IMG/VR virus record: IMGVR_UViG_3300021492_000072
Source of the DNA: a virus
Strand: one strand, 5' to 3'
Length of the DNA: 64,000 nt
Part shown: positions 27,027 through 36,699 of the stretch, piece by piece
Position numbering within the stretch: the stretch's first letter is position 1
How the letters are laid out: every line of letters begins with the position of its first letter
Made by a program: the position numbers and the translations under genes
Notes under the pieces: generated by a model
What the model was told of the DNA's origin: nothing
Database searches by the model: none
Seen by the model: only the letters and a program-made list of their open reading frames with translations

Positions 27027-27957
27027 GATGCTAGATTTAAAGCGCGAATTAGTTAGAAGCTTAACCGAAAGTGATATTGCTTCGATCATCCCCAAGGAAG
27101 TAGATAAGATCATCGAGTCCATGGTTGAGCATAAGAATCCTCTTCGTCAGAATCTTCCTCGTAAACCAGGCTCTGGCGCGGGAGTTCCCGTTAACCGGAG
27201 AGACGGCGCTTCAACAGAGCCCAAGTTCTACGGTGACACCGACTCATTCGATGAAAGCACAGGCAGTTACTCTCAGGTTGTGTTTACATACAAGACCATT
27301 GGATGTCAGGGGAAGGTCACTCGTAAGGCACGCGCAATCGGAGCTAACTACGCTGACTTACTGGCCAATGAAATGGAGGAACGGTCCCAAGAGTTCCGTG
27401 ACAAAGAAGAATGGGGATACTTTTGGGGCGATGCAACAGCAAATCCAAAACAGTTTGATGGGTTAGATAAGTTAACCCACAGTGACAATAGATTTGCAGT
27501 CGGTGGAAGTGGTGGTGGCAACTTAACACTTGAGTTAATGGACCAAGCAATTGACGCAGTTCGCGGGACACCTGACATGATCGTGTGCAGTAAAAGAACA
27601 CGTAGGAGAATACGTGCCTTACTTCAAACTCAACAAAGGTTCGTAAATACCACAAAAGTGAAGGGTGGCTTCGAACTCATGAGCTATAATGATATTCCTA
27701 TCTACGTGTCTAACCAAATTCCTGACACTCTTAAGGTTGATACGGACGGGAAGACCATCACTAGCTTAACCGCTGGTACATTGTCAGCTCTCTTTATTTT
27801 GGACACTGAGAAAGTGTATGTGTCCGAGTTAACCCCCCTTACTATTAAACCTCTCGCCAAAACTAGCTCGCAGTTTGACCTCTTTGACATCTACGCTGAC
27901 GAGGTTTTAGTAGTTCGTAATCCATACGCGTGTGCTGAGATTGTAGGAATTGTATAA
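27019..27957 (+). CDS. Major capsid protein (likely ATG at 27028)
   Basis: Follows protease/scaffold; FWGDA..NPKQFDGL, LTLExMD.AID, YNDIPI. Confidence 0.9.
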   Translation: MSRMLDLKRELVRSLTESDIASIIPKEVDKIIESMVEHKNPLRQNLPRKPGSGAGVPVNRRDGASTEPKFYGDTDSFDESTGSYSQVVFTYKTIGCQGKVTRKARAIGANYADLLANEMEERSQEFRDKEEWGYFWGDATANPKQFDGLDKLTHSDNRFAVGGSGGGNLTLELMDQAIDAVRGTPDMIVCSKRTRRRIRALLQTQQRFVNTTKVKGGFELMSYNDIPIYVSNQIPDTLKVDTDGKTITSLTAGTLSALFILDTEKVYVSELTPLTIKPLAKTSSQFDLFDIYADEVLVVRNPYACAEIVGIV

Positions 27958-27968
27958 TAAATCGGAGA

Positions 27969-27988
27969 GGGGGACTGTAAGGTCCCCC
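27969..27988 (+). terminator. GC hairpin after capsid gene (no clear U-tract)
   Basis: GGGGGAC-TGTAAG-GTCCCCC. Confidence 0.4.
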
Positions 27989-28013
27989 GTAATGTTAGTG
28001 GGGGAGGTTACTT

Positions 28014-28415
28014 ATGTATAAAATGAAGTACTGTGGGCCGTTTAGTGGTCCAGAATGGACTCTTGCTACTTATCGTGAGGTCATAACTGTAAAAAACGGG
28101 TACTGCACAGTTAAGTACCCGGAAACAGTTCAAACGCTACAACTGCAAGGCTTCAAATTAGTAGAGCAAGACGACACCCCAAAGCCACCACCTCGTCAGA
28201 AGGAATCTATTAAACCAGTAGCAACGCCTCCACCGAGACAAAAGCCGGAGCTGTCTCAAGCTGAAACGAAGATCCTTGAATTGCTTAAAAAAGGTGCAAA
28301 CCTAGGTGCCATAGCGGTTGCTATTAAGTGGAAAAAGTCAAAGATAGAGAATTGGATACGAACTCACAGCAAGCTAGTAGCTGAGGTAGTAAATGCGCCA
28401 AGTTCTGCCAAATAG
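28014..28415 (+). CDS. Hypothetical head-region protein with C-terminal HTH-like segment
   Basis: PPPRQK x2; LSQAETKILELLKKG..LGAIA. Confidence 0.65.
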   Translation: MYKMKYCGPFSGPEWTLATYREVITVKNGYCTVKYPETVQTLQLQGFKLVEQDDTPKPPPRQKESIKPVATPPPRQKPELSQAETKILELLKKGANLGAIAVAIKWKKSKIENWIRTHSKLVAEVVNAPSSAK

Positions 28416-29211
28416 CCCAATTTCGTTAGCATTCGATTTTGTTTACGCGGGTGTAACGGTTAGCGATGTTGAGGACCCTGTGGTTGAAGTGTACTCCTTC
28501 GCTCAGGCGTTGATGACCGCCGCTGCCTTAACATGGGGTGGGGCTCATTATGAAGCACGTGTTCAAGCACCACAGGAGTTGGGTGTTTACGTAGCAGTAG
28601 CTCACGGTAAGTATAATGGTGACTATATAACAGCCGCTTCACACGAAGCTCTTGAAGTAGTTTCATACGGGGCAGAAGCGCACCACGCGCTTATAACCCT
28701 CAATGAGGTTAAAGAGTACTTGGAATTGACAGACTTTAGCGAAGACGCGTTTCTGCGACTTCTTACCGAGGCGTGCATTAGCAGTGTATTGAACTACCTT
28801 CACATTACAATCGGGCCGCAAACAACAAAAGAGACCTTTCCTGTGTCTGATTGTGCCTCTTGGAGCTTAAACTATTACCCCGTCATTTCAGTGGAACATA
28901 TTAGTGTAGATGGTGTTGAGTTAAGTAGTACAGATTACACATTAAACGCTAATACGGGTACGATTTGGTTCAATGAGTTAGTAAGTGGGGTGCTAGAAGT
29001 TGAGTATACATACGGGCTCACATCTATACCATATGATATGAAGCTCGCGTGCCTCAAGCTAGCAGCTGTGCTTTATAACCTACGAAACACAGAAGGCTAT
29101 TCATCTCGAAGGTTGTTAAGCGTCGCTGAAACATATTTAGCGAGCAGCAAGGCTGATGTCTTTCACGAGATACGTTCTTTACTCGCTCCCTATAAACGGG
29201 TATCACGTTAG
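28393..29211 (+). CDS. Head-tail connector/adaptor protein with extra N-terminal domain
   Basis: LITLNEVKEYL...EDAFL..L; VEYTYG...IPYDMKLAC. Confidence 0.85.
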   Translation: MRQVLPNSPISLAFDFVYAGVTVSDVEDPVVEVYSFAQALMTAAALTWGGAHYEARVQAPQELGVYVAVAHGKYNGDYITAASHEALEVVSYGAEAHHALITLNEVKEYLELTDFSEDAFLRLLTEACISSVLNYLHITIGPQTTKETFPVSDCASWSLNYYPVISVEHISVDGVELSSTDYTLNANTGTIWFNELVSGVLEVEYTYGLTSIPYDMKLACLKLAAVLYNLRNTEGYSSRRLLSVAETYLASSKADVFHEIRSLLAPYKRVSR

Positions 29212-30018
29212 AAGTTGGTTTTGGTCAACATATCCCCAATTACGTTGATACATTCTCCACTTTTCTCTCGGCCATCGAAGCATGTCATGAACAATAAGTC
29301 TCTTGGGGTTGACGAAAGTACTAATGTTTGGGTGATATAAGTGGTGAAGTGTTATATCTGCGGCTCCGACCCGGTACCCAAACGCTTCTAGTTTTATCCA
29401 AAACGCGTTATCTTCACCATACTTACCGTAAAAATCTTTCTCTGGCATCCCGCCCACGTGGTTCATTATAGTCTTAGTGATCCACATAGCACCGCCAGCT
29501 GCACCCATTTTCTCTGGTGTGGTGCTACGTATGTAAGGGCCCCCAAGTGACTCTGATTTAAGAAATCGTTCTGTTGCCTCCTTTGACATGTACAAAATAC
29601 GATTCCACGCTGCAGCTGGAGGCCGCGTCTGGGCCAATATGCTTTGATAATTGGGTGGGTAAATGAGATCAGCGTCGGTAAGTAACACGTGTTCAAACGT
29701 GGCCAACTCTTTCACACCTACGTTAAAGGCCCAAGCTCTGTTAAAGGGGTGAAAAGTGAAAACCTTTAGGTACCGAAAGGGTTTGCGGATCCATTCACGG
29801 AAGGCGTTAATGTGGTCATGAATGTACGCTGTGGGGCCTGTCTCAACGATACATATCTCACACCGAGCTGAGCGGGCTAGGGATTTCACACAGAAAGTTA
29901 GGAGTGGAAGTCGTAGTGGGTGGTGTTCATATGGTATAACAATAGAGATTGGGATTGACACGCTTCCTCCTTTGATATAGACTACACTTATGATACCAAA
30001 CTCGCAAGACATTGACAA
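29203..30018 (-). CDS. Glycosyltransferase (GT-A fold, GT2/GT7-like)
   Basis: ISIVIPY, FNRAWAFNVG, TDAD, VGGMPE..YGKYGED, HLYH. Confidence 0.85.
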   Translation of the reverse strand: MSMSCEFGIISVVYIKGGSVSIPISIVIPYEHHPLRLPLLTFCVKSLARSARCEICIVETGPTAYIHDHINAFREWIRKPFRYLKVFTFHPFNRAWAFNVGVKELATFEHVLLTDADLIYPPNYQSILAQTRPPAAAWNRILYMSKEATERFLKSESLGGPYIRSTTPEKMGAAGGAMWITKTIMNHVGGMPEKDFYGKYGEDNAFWIKLEAFGYRVGAADITLHHLYHPNISTFVNPKRLIVHDMLRWPREKWRMYQRNWGYVDQNQLLT

Positions 30019-30036
30019 GTTTGAAAGACAAGGTTA

Positions 30037-30444
30037 ATGGCAACCACACAAGCTTTATTAAGTGAAACAGACTTTCCACAGGCAACGGTTGATGTCTTTT
30101 ATAACAGTGAAGTGCTTGAGAGATGGATATTTGTGGGTGTACAGCAGCAAGGGATCGCGTCTGTTTTGTGGTGGATTACAAGAGGTTACCATCAATTTAC
30201 TGTACTTCTTCCCCTTGCGCAATTGTACCTCCTACATCATATCAGAACGCTGCGAATCAGAGTACCTGCCCGACAAATCTGGACAATAAAGCGCGAACAT
30301 GGTATCACTATTTACCCCACTCTTCAGTTCTACACAAGCGCGGGCAAAGTTGCTGAATTACGCGGCTGTGGATTTAACTTCCAAGAGTTGAAGAGTGTGG
30401 TAGTCAACCACTTGACCCCGGGGGTGAGCTATGGGAACTACTAG
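30037..30444 (+). CDS. Hypothetical protein
   Basis: ORF overlapping holin start. Confidence 0.6.
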   Translation: MATTQALLSETDFPQATVDVFYNSEVLERWIFVGVQQQGIASVLWWITRGYHQFTVLLPLAQLYLLHHIRTLRIRVPARQIWTIKREHGITIYPTLQFYTSAGKVAELRGCGFNFQELKSVVVNHLTPGVSYGNY

Positions 30445-30919
30445 TAGTGTTTTCAAAAAAAGGAGGTTCCCATTGTACAGTGTACTTTATTACAGAGGCC
30501 AGCTTACTACAGATTTCACATTTAAGTCAGTCGCTTCAGGGCTTTTATATGCTCTTTTATGGCTGTTTGGTGATGTCAACGACGCTGTCATTGCTCTACT
30601 AGCATTAATGACTCTTGACGTTATATTAGGTTTGTCAGCCGCTATTAAATACCATGATGTCTCTTCAGACAAACTACGGCAAGGTGCGGTAAAGTTTTTA
30701 TTGTATTTTGTGTTGATCATAGCCGCCAACTGTGTTGACAAGGTTGTAGCTCTTATACCGCTTATGAGCCAAATAGTACAGATCAGGAGTTTCACTATGA
30801 TTTATCTAGCGGTATCTGAAGGGATTAGTGTCCTTGAGAATCTTTCATCACTTGGTGTGGCTGTGCCTAAAGTGATGCTCAAAAGACTCCGCCGGTTCAA
30901 GCAAAGCATGGAGAGGTAA
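30431..30919 (+). CDS. Phage holin (holin_4 / toxin secretion-phage lysis family)
   Basis: Several TM helices; LDxxxG..A, SSxKLRQG..K, EGISVLENL..LGV.VP. Confidence 0.9.
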   Translation: MGTTSSVFKKRRFPLYSVLYYRGQLTTDFTFKSVASGLLYALLWLFGDVNDAVIALLALMTLDVILGLSAAIKYHDVSSDKLRQGAVKFLLYFVLIIAANCVDKVVALIPLMSQIVQIRSFTMIYLAVSEGISVLENLSSLGVAVPKVMLKRLRRFKQSMER

Positions 30920-32170
30920 ATGGCACGGATTATAATGTGTCCTGACAACAAACCAGGGACATGGATTACGCTAAAAGAAACAGGAAGACGCGTTTGTGTT
31001 CATTACATCAAAAAGAATGGTAGGTGGGAGAGGATCTCAGCAGCTATACCGTCAGCGAAAGTGTTAGGTGGTGTTACATTAGCAGCTATAGCCGCCGCGA
31101 TACTACGAAGGAAGCCACCGTTGATTAAGGACATCCGAAAAGTTGCCGTGATTCACGGAAAAGCTGAGTACGCGACTGATAAGTGGTACCAAGCTATAAT
31201 GAGTGCGTGGATGGGGATGAAATCGATCCCTCCTGTAACTCCTAGTGCAAAACCACCTAAGTTACTGAAAACCGCTGCTTTAATATACACACCACATCCA
31301 GGAGCAACTGCAGTGAAGGCCGAGAAGATTATTGGTCATAGAGAAATGATGAAGTTGATCAGCGACAAGTTTGAATTCTCGTTTCTCTTCCACAAACACC
31401 CAGAGTATCACCTGGACACCTATCTGGCGTCCAACTTCAAGAACGTAGATGAAATGAGGAATTACTTCGCTTCGGTAGGTAAATCCTTTATATTGAAACC
31501 GAGGTTTGGGTCGCTTGGGACTCTTAAAGACTTTCCTAACGGTGAATGGTCAAACAAAGCAATCGAAAAATATATCAAGTCTTATGGTGCTGATGATGTA
31601 GTTGTACAGGAGCTAGTACCCGTTGCAAACGAGTTTCGGGTACATGTGGTGAATGGAAAAGTTTACGCTGTAATGCACAGATGGGGCCCACCAGGAGGAC
31701 TCGGAAAAGTTTGGCGTGAACATATTCCGTTTGGGCATATTGTGTTTCCAGTCTGGCGTAAGGGTGATATTGTAAAATTCACAGAGAAGGCAATTCAACC
31801 TTGGGGGAAGAACCTTCATGCTGGGTTGGACGTGATCCAACTTCCCGATGGGAGCTATAAGATCTTAGAAGCAAATCCCCTTCCTGCTTCCTTTTTACAT
31901 CCTTACGTATCTAGAAAGTTCCACAGAGCAGTTACTGGCGTGTGGACTGCAGATATACAAGCACTAGCTGTGGTAGGAGGTGCGGTTGGTGCTTGGACTA
32001 CAATTTCAGGAACGAGGGAACTTGTGAACAAGAGGAAGAGGGACTATCCTGAGATAGTTACTTTCAAAGGGGATAAAGGTTTTTGGGTAACACTAGAAAC
32101 AGGTAAGAAAGTCTTCATTCCCCTGAAGTATGCAGCGGATTACATTAGAGAAAGGTGGTTCGCTTGGTGA
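30920..32170 (+). CDS. RimK-like ATP-grasp ligase carrying the tag at both ends
   Basis: FILKPRFGSLG, VVQELV, EFRVHVVNGKV, GLDVI, ILEAN; tags at 30938-31003 and 32054-32122. Confidence 0.8.
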   Translation: MARIIMCPDNKPGTWITLKETGRRVCVHYIKKNGRWERISAAIPSAKVLGGVTLAAIAAAILRRKPPLIKDIRKVAVIHGKAEYATDKWYQAIMSAWMGMKSIPPVTPSAKPPKLLKTAALIYTPHPGATAVKAEKIIGHREMMKLISDKFEFSFLFHKHPEYHLDTYLASNFKNVDEMRNYFASVGKSFILKPRFGSLGTLKDFPNGEWSNKAIEKYIKSYGADDVVVQELVPVANEFRVHVVNGKVYAVMHRWGPPGGLGKVWREHIPFGHIVFPVWRKGDIVKFTEKAIQPWGKNLHAGLDVIQLPDGSYKILEANPLPASFLHPYVSRKFHRAVTGVWTADIQALAVVGGAVGAWTTISGTRELVNKRKRDYPEIVTFKGDKGFWVTLETGKKVFIPLKYAADYIRERWFAW

Positions 32171-32291
32171 AGCACTTAGGGACACGTAAGGAGGAAGTAA
32201 ATGATAACGATTATGGTTAAAAACGCTTGGGTTCAAATAGGAATACTTGGGTATAGGATAGAACCCTCAGGGGTGTATTTTGGATAGGGTA

Positions 32292-32825
32292 TTAAGCCCC
32301 AAGCGCGCTCCTTATTTGTTCGTAAAGCTTGGTGCCTTTCTTAGCAAGCCCAGCTTTATCGACACACACCTCAAACACAATGAACCCAGTACGAGGGTCA
32401 ACAAGATCTACTAAGATAAGTGCGGCTTCATTTTTACTCTCAACGGGATTGAGTCTTGTATTTAAATAAGTCATGTAGGATTTGGGTTTCTTCATCCCTT
32501 TGGTTACATCCACAGGTTCTTCCTTCTTCATAAGCTGGATCAACTTTTTAAAGGCATCAGTGGTTTTAGGTTTGGCGGTCTCACGTACTAAATACTGAGC
32601 GAAGTTAGACTGCACGTAAGCGACGTCACCCATCACTCGATGTGCGGTCGCTAGTTTGTCAACCGGTCCTTCGAGCTTCACTGAAGATATGAGAGTCTCC
32701 TTTAGTGACTCAAAACTCTTGGGATGAGTCGCGACGGCAACTAATCCAAGTCCCCGAGTGCCTAGAAAGACCGTGACTCGTGGATTTGCCTTCCCCACAG
32801 TTAACACAGAACCTTGCTTCTTCAT
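32292..32825 (-). CDS. Hypothetical protein, paralog of the N-terminal half of 43917..44945
   Basis: Shared GPVDKLA...GDVAYVQSNxA and LNTxxNP. Confidence 0.8.
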   Translation of the reverse strand: MKKQGSVLTVGKANPRVTVFLGTRGLGLVAVATHPKSFESLKETLISSVKLEGPVDKLATAHRVMGDVAYVQSNFAQYLVRETAKPKTTDAFKKLIQLMKKEEPVDVTKGMKKPKSYMTYLNTRLNPVESKNEAALILVDLVDPRTGFIVFEVCVDKAGLAKKGTKLYEQIRSALGA

Positions 32826-32831
32826 AGTGGC

Positions 32832-33191
32832 TTACCTCCTTTTAGATTTTTCCTCGATCTCTCTACGTCTCCGCCTCGCCTGCAAGTTAATCCCAGCAGC
32901 CGAAGCTGCTATAATGGCTCCTAGCATACCCAACTTTTCCCCAAGAGCGCGGTAGCCGAGTGCTGCCATTGAGGTTTTGCACCGACTCGCTAAGAGTTCT
33001 CCACCCAAGAGTCCTATCGCTGCTATACCCGCGCCAATTGTGGAAATCTTTTCACTCACTTTTTCGTCATTCGTCCACTTTTGATACGCTTTTATATTCT
33101 TCTCTTCGATGAATACACGCTTACCCGCTCTTGTTGTGACCCAAATACCTCTCTTTCCTCGAAAGGTTGTAATTTTTGGTTTCCTAGACAT
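32832..33191 (-). CDS. Tag + glycine-zipper membrane hairpin protein
   Basis: ITTFRGKRGIWVTTRAGKRVFI, then two Gly/Ala helices. Confidence 0.8.
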   Translation of the reverse strand: MSRKPKITTFRGKRGIWVTTRAGKRVFIEEKNIKAYQKWTNDEKVSEKISTIGAGIAAIGLLGGELLASRCKTSMAALGYRALGEKLGMLGAIIAASAAGINLQARRRRREIEEKSKRR

Positions 33192-33513
33192 TTTCTTCCT
33201 CCTTATATCTAGTTACTAGAGACACGCCCGCGCCTGCGATTGCAATAGTAACGCCCATCTTGCTGAGTTTACTACCGAGTGCACGGTACCCAAACTTTGC
33301 AAAAGCAGTTCTACATTGTAACGCAAGTGACGCACCGCTCTTAACACCAACAGATGCTATAGCCGATCCGACACCGCTAACCCACCTAATGGCCTTTTTA
33401 CTATTGGTCCATTTCTGATATGCTTTTATGTTCTTCTCTTCTATGAATACACGTCTGCCTGTCCTTAATGTGAACCAAGCACCTCTCTTCCCTCTATAAG
33501 TAGTGATCCTCAC
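33184..33513 (-). CDS. Tag + glycine-zipper membrane hairpin protein (tandem paralog)
   Basis: ITTYRGKRGAWFTLRTGRRVFI; identical VFIEEKNIKAYQKWTN. Confidence 0.8.
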   Translation of the reverse strand: MRITTYRGKRGAWFTLRTGRRVFIEEKNIKAYQKWTNSKKAIRWVSGVGSAIASVGVKSGASLALQCRTAFAKFGYRALGSKLSKMGVTIAIAGAGVSLVTRYKEEENV

Positions 33514-33563
33514 GCTTCCTTTTTAAACTCCTATTGAAGGAGTAGTCAAGTTGTTATAAAGAA

Positions 33564-33839
33564 TCAGAGGTGAACCTTTGCAAGCAGTCGAACTATCTTT
33601 CCATGACTTTTCAACGACGGTGACTCCACGTACGCTTGAATTTCCCACTGCCCAGCTCTGTCAAAAACAACATTGTCTGCTTTTATCTTTGTGGGATTAT
33701 CACCAAGGACAGTAGCGTCCCATGCGCCTGATTCTCCATTGGGTTTTTTATATTTTATTTTTTGTACAGACGTGCTAGACACGTCACATCCTACATCTAA
33801 AACAACATCTACTGTGTCACCTACAAAGACGTTAATCAT
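33564..33839 (-). CDS. Small Ig-like/BppU-N-like fibre-associated protein (copy 2)
   Basis: Near-identical to 36415..36699; IKYxKPNG, AGQWEIQAY. Confidence 0.75.
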   Translation of the reverse strand: MINVFVGDTVDVVLDVGCDVSSTSVQKIKYKKPNGESGAWDATVLGDNPTKIKADNVVFDRAGQWEIQAYVESPSLKSHGKIVRLLAKVHL

Positions 33840-33840
33840 C

Positions 33841-35139
33841 TTACAACCAACTGTCTAGCTCAATTTTATTAGTTATTTTACTGCTTTGTTCAAGTTCTTT
33901 AATTACTTTACTACTTAGCTCAAATCCTTGAATCATTTTACTACTTAGCTCAAATCCTTGAATCATTTTACTACTTAGCTCAAATCCTTGAATCATTTTA
34001 CTACTTAGTGCAAGCTCCTCTATTACTTCACTACGTAGCTCAAACTCCCTAACTACTTCACTATCAAACTCAAGTTCTTCGGTTATCCCACTATCTGCTT
34101 CGAATTCTTCGACTACTTCACTACCTACCTCCAGTTTTTCAGTTACTTCACTACCTTCTTCGAACCCTTCAATTGCTCTGCTGTCTAACTCGAGCTTCTT
34201 CTCAAAGGGCAGCAATGGAGTGAGAACTGTGTCGACACCCCATGAAGTGGAAAGAGCGAGCTTTTTGAGTAAGGCATCAATATCGTAGGCCAGGCCAGAT
34301 AGTACTACATCGATGACGAATTCAACAGTAATTTGAAGCTTTTGCAACAGAGCTGAGCAGGAATAACTAGTGTTGAGGTTTAACCGCTGTAATAGCGCGT
34401 TTATAGTTGCACTCTCCTCAAGTCCAAAAGACTGAAGTAGAGTGTCAATAACAGCTTGTACAAACTGCCTTTTTGACAGTAAAGTGTCGGCACTTAATTG
34501 TGCTTCTTGTGTTACAGTAAGGAGTGTGTCAATTGAGATACCCTGTGTCAAAGCTAGTTTTTGTAATAGTGTGTCGATGGTGCTTTCAGTTGATAAGTCT
34601 AAAGCTTTTAGGAAGGTATCAATCGTAATAGAGCTTGTTAGTTGTTTTGACAACAAGGCGCTTACTGTAGTTGATGTACTTAGATCTAACTTCTTGATCA
34701 GAGTGTCAACAGTTATGGACTCTTGAGGTGCGGCTCCAATAATAGTATCGATTGTTGTGGAAGTAGAAACGCCTAATTTTCTTAGTAACGAGTCAATTGT
34801 GGTTGAAGTTAAACCAAGCTTCTGGAGTAGTGTGTCAACCGTTGATGACGTTGTTAGTCCTAAAGCTTTCAGTAGGCCATCTACAGTGATGGATGAGAGA
34901 AGGGCTCCTTGTATGATGGCATCTATGTCGAGCGCTTCTAACCCCTGTTTTTGTAACAAAACATCAACAGTAACTTGTCCTGACAAGCCAAGTGCTTGGA
35001 GCAAACTATCAACCGTGTAAGACGATGTAGGGGCCTCACCAGGAGCCCTCATCACAGCATAATGACCGATATAGGTCCTCACGGGCCTGAGGCTCGTCTT
35101 GCTCTTCTTTGTTACAGGACATCCATTGTAATTAGCCAT
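33841..35139 (-). CDS. Fibre/stalk protein with [IV]DxLLxK repeats and C-terminal 10-aa ELxS repeats
   Basis: Paralogous to the C-terminal part of 36684..39776. Confidence 0.8.
   Translation of the reverse strand: MANYNGCPVTKKSKTSLRPVRTYIGHYAVMRAPGEAPTSSYTVDSLLQALGLSGQVTVDVLLQKQGLEALDIDAIIQGALLSSITVDGLLKALGLTTSSTVDTLLQKLGLTSTTIDSLLRKLGVSTSTTIDTIIGAAPQESITVDTLIKKLDLSTSTTVSALLSKQLTSSITIDTFLKALDLSTESTIDTLLQKLALTQGISIDTLLTVTQEAQLSADTLLSKRQFVQAVIDTLLQSFGLEESATINALLQRLNLNTSYSCSALLQKLQITVEFVIDVVLSGLAYDIDALLKKLALSTSWGVDTVLTPLLPFEKKLELDSRAIEGFEEGSEVTEKLEVGSEVVEEFEADSGITEELEFDSEVVREFELRSEVIEELALSSKMIQGFELSSKMIQGFELSSKMIQGFELSSKVIKELEQSSKITNKIELDSWL
33911..34008. repeat. Perfect 30-bp tandem repeat x3 (SSKMIQGFEL)
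   Basis: CTACTTAGCTCAAATCCTTGAATCATTTTA read three times. Confidence 0.95.
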
Positions 35140-35144
35140 AAGGT

Positions 35145-35306
35145 TTATTGTGGTCTTGTTTTAAAGCTCTTCGCTCCATTGAAGGACCTTTCAGATCTGG
35201 AACTTGATTTACCTTTTTTTAGCTGTTTTGATCCTCCCCACTGTCTTCCTACTCTCGCACTAAGCCCAGCCTTTTTTGTTACTGAGGAACCAGTATAGTT
35301 AGCCAT
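35145..35306 (-). CDS. 53-aa basic protein (not in ORF track)
   Basis: MANYTGSSVTKK... matches the N-terminus MANYNGCPVTKK of the next gene; TAATG coupling with upstream gene. Confidence 0.6.
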   Translation of the reverse strand: MANYTGSSVTKKAGLSARVGRQWGGSKQLKKGKSSSRSERSFNGAKSFKTRPQ

Positions 35307-36283
35307 TAGACACTCCTTGGTATAATAATGACACTGTTGTTATAACAAACAAATACATCATAAGTAACTCCTCCATACTCGATTGTATCTTCGGAGACAA
35401 CATTTTGTTTATTTTTATCTAAAGCATATAGATGTTTGAAGTACCCCAAATAATCTGTATATGTAGTATTAGATACTGTTAGAAGAAGAGGCCAGAAAAA
35501 TCTTTTACTATTTGGATATCTCTTGCTGTTAGAATCATCGGTAGGCCCAAATCTGGCAGCAGTATAGTTATAATTTTTTCCAACTACTCCATTATAGTAA
35601 AACTGGACACAACCAGAGTAAGAACGGAATCTATAATCAGATATGAAATTTGGCATTGGATCTTCGCCTACTCGTGCCCCACTAGAGTATGAATTATTAA
35701 GGTGAGTAAAAGTAATAGTTGTGCCAGAAATAGAAGAAATTTGAGCTCTCTCACAGTTTTCATCATCCATAATCAGATAATACTCACCTTCCTCTAAAGG
35801 GTCTGTAGTGTCAACTTGAACTGAGACACTATCTCCTGATGATATAGACGATTGGGTTATCGCATAGTCTGGATTATACACTGTGTCATAAATCCCACCG
35901 TACCAACAGTAGTAAGCGGCTCCAACCAAAGTGATTACTACTACATGATCTTTATCCCCATAAAACCAATAGTTATGTACTGACCCACTAGAATAGATAT
36001 AACTATAACTGTCTCCGCTTTCTTTCTTTCCGGTATGGTTTGTATTATCCCAACTTAAATACTGTCTTGTCTCTATACGGTGATATGAAGCGTTTTTAGT
36101 GAACTTAATGCAGATTTTCTGCTTGGTATTTTCCCCTGTACTGGTAACCACAAAGTAACCATTTCCACTTCGTTGGTCATCGTGATCGGTCCAGCCAACA
36201 GTGTTCACCAGAAAATCATGTAGCTTATCCAACAAGTCTGACTCGTCATTGGCTGAACCTTTTAACACTGTATGATAACTCAT
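35306..36283 (-). CDS. Virion structural protein, putative receptor-binding/fibre tip
   Basis: LxDFLV..GWT N-terminus, Tyr/Ser/Asn-rich beta content, AT-rich coding. Confidence 0.65.
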   Translation of the reverse strand: MSYHTVLKGSANDESDLLDKLHDFLVNTVGWTDHDDQRSGNGYFVVTSTGENTKQKICIKFTKNASYHRIETRQYLSWDNTNHTGKKESGDSYSYIYSSGSVHNYWFYGDKDHVVVITLVGAAYYCWYGGIYDTVYNPDYAITQSSISSGDSVSVQVDTTDPLEEGEYYLIMDDENCERAQISSISGTTITFTHLNNSYSSGARVGEDPMPNFISDYRFRSYSGCVQFYYNGVVGKNYNYTAARFGPTDDSNSKRYPNSKRFFWPLLLTVSNTTYTDYLGYFKHLYALDKNKQNVVSEDTIEYGGVTYDVFVCYNNSVIIIPRSV

Positions 36284-36374
36284 AGCTTAACCTCCTTTGT
36301 CTAACGACAGCACGCACAGCGTGGGTACTCCGCTATGGGTAAGGGCAGTAGGTCTTTACCCTCTCTTTTATAGG

Positions 36375-36406
36375 CTCTTGTAACTGTTGTCACACATCTG
36401 GTCAAG
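36375..36406 (-). promoter_or_regulatory. sigma70-like promoter
   Basis: TTGACC-17 nt-TACAAG; same arrangement (TTGACT-17-TACAAG) at 41857-41885. Confidence 0.55.
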
Positions 36407-36414
36407 CGAGGAAC

Positions 36415-36699
36415 TTAAAGGTGAGTCTTCACAAGTAAATAGACTATCTTTCCATGACTTTTCAACGTTGTTGATTCTATATATGCTTGAATTTCCCATT
36501 GACCGGCTTTGTCAAAGACGACGTTGTCTGCCTCTATTTTTGTAGGATCATCACTAAGGGCGGCGTCCCACGCGCCTGTTTCCCCGTTAGGCTTTCTGTA
36601 CTTTATCTTTCTCACAACCGCGTCAGATACGTCACATCCTACATTTAAGACAATATCTACTGAGTCACCTGCAAAGACGTTAATCATTTCGCAACCCAA
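36415..36699 (-). CDS. Small Ig-like/BppU-N-like fibre-associated protein (copy 1)
   Basis: Paralog of 33564..33839. Confidence 0.75.
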   Translation of the reverse strand: MGCEMINVFAGDSVDIVLNVGCDVSDAVVRKIKYRKPNGETGAWDAALSDDPTKIEADNVVFDKAGQWEIQAYIESTTLKSHGKIVYLLVKTHL

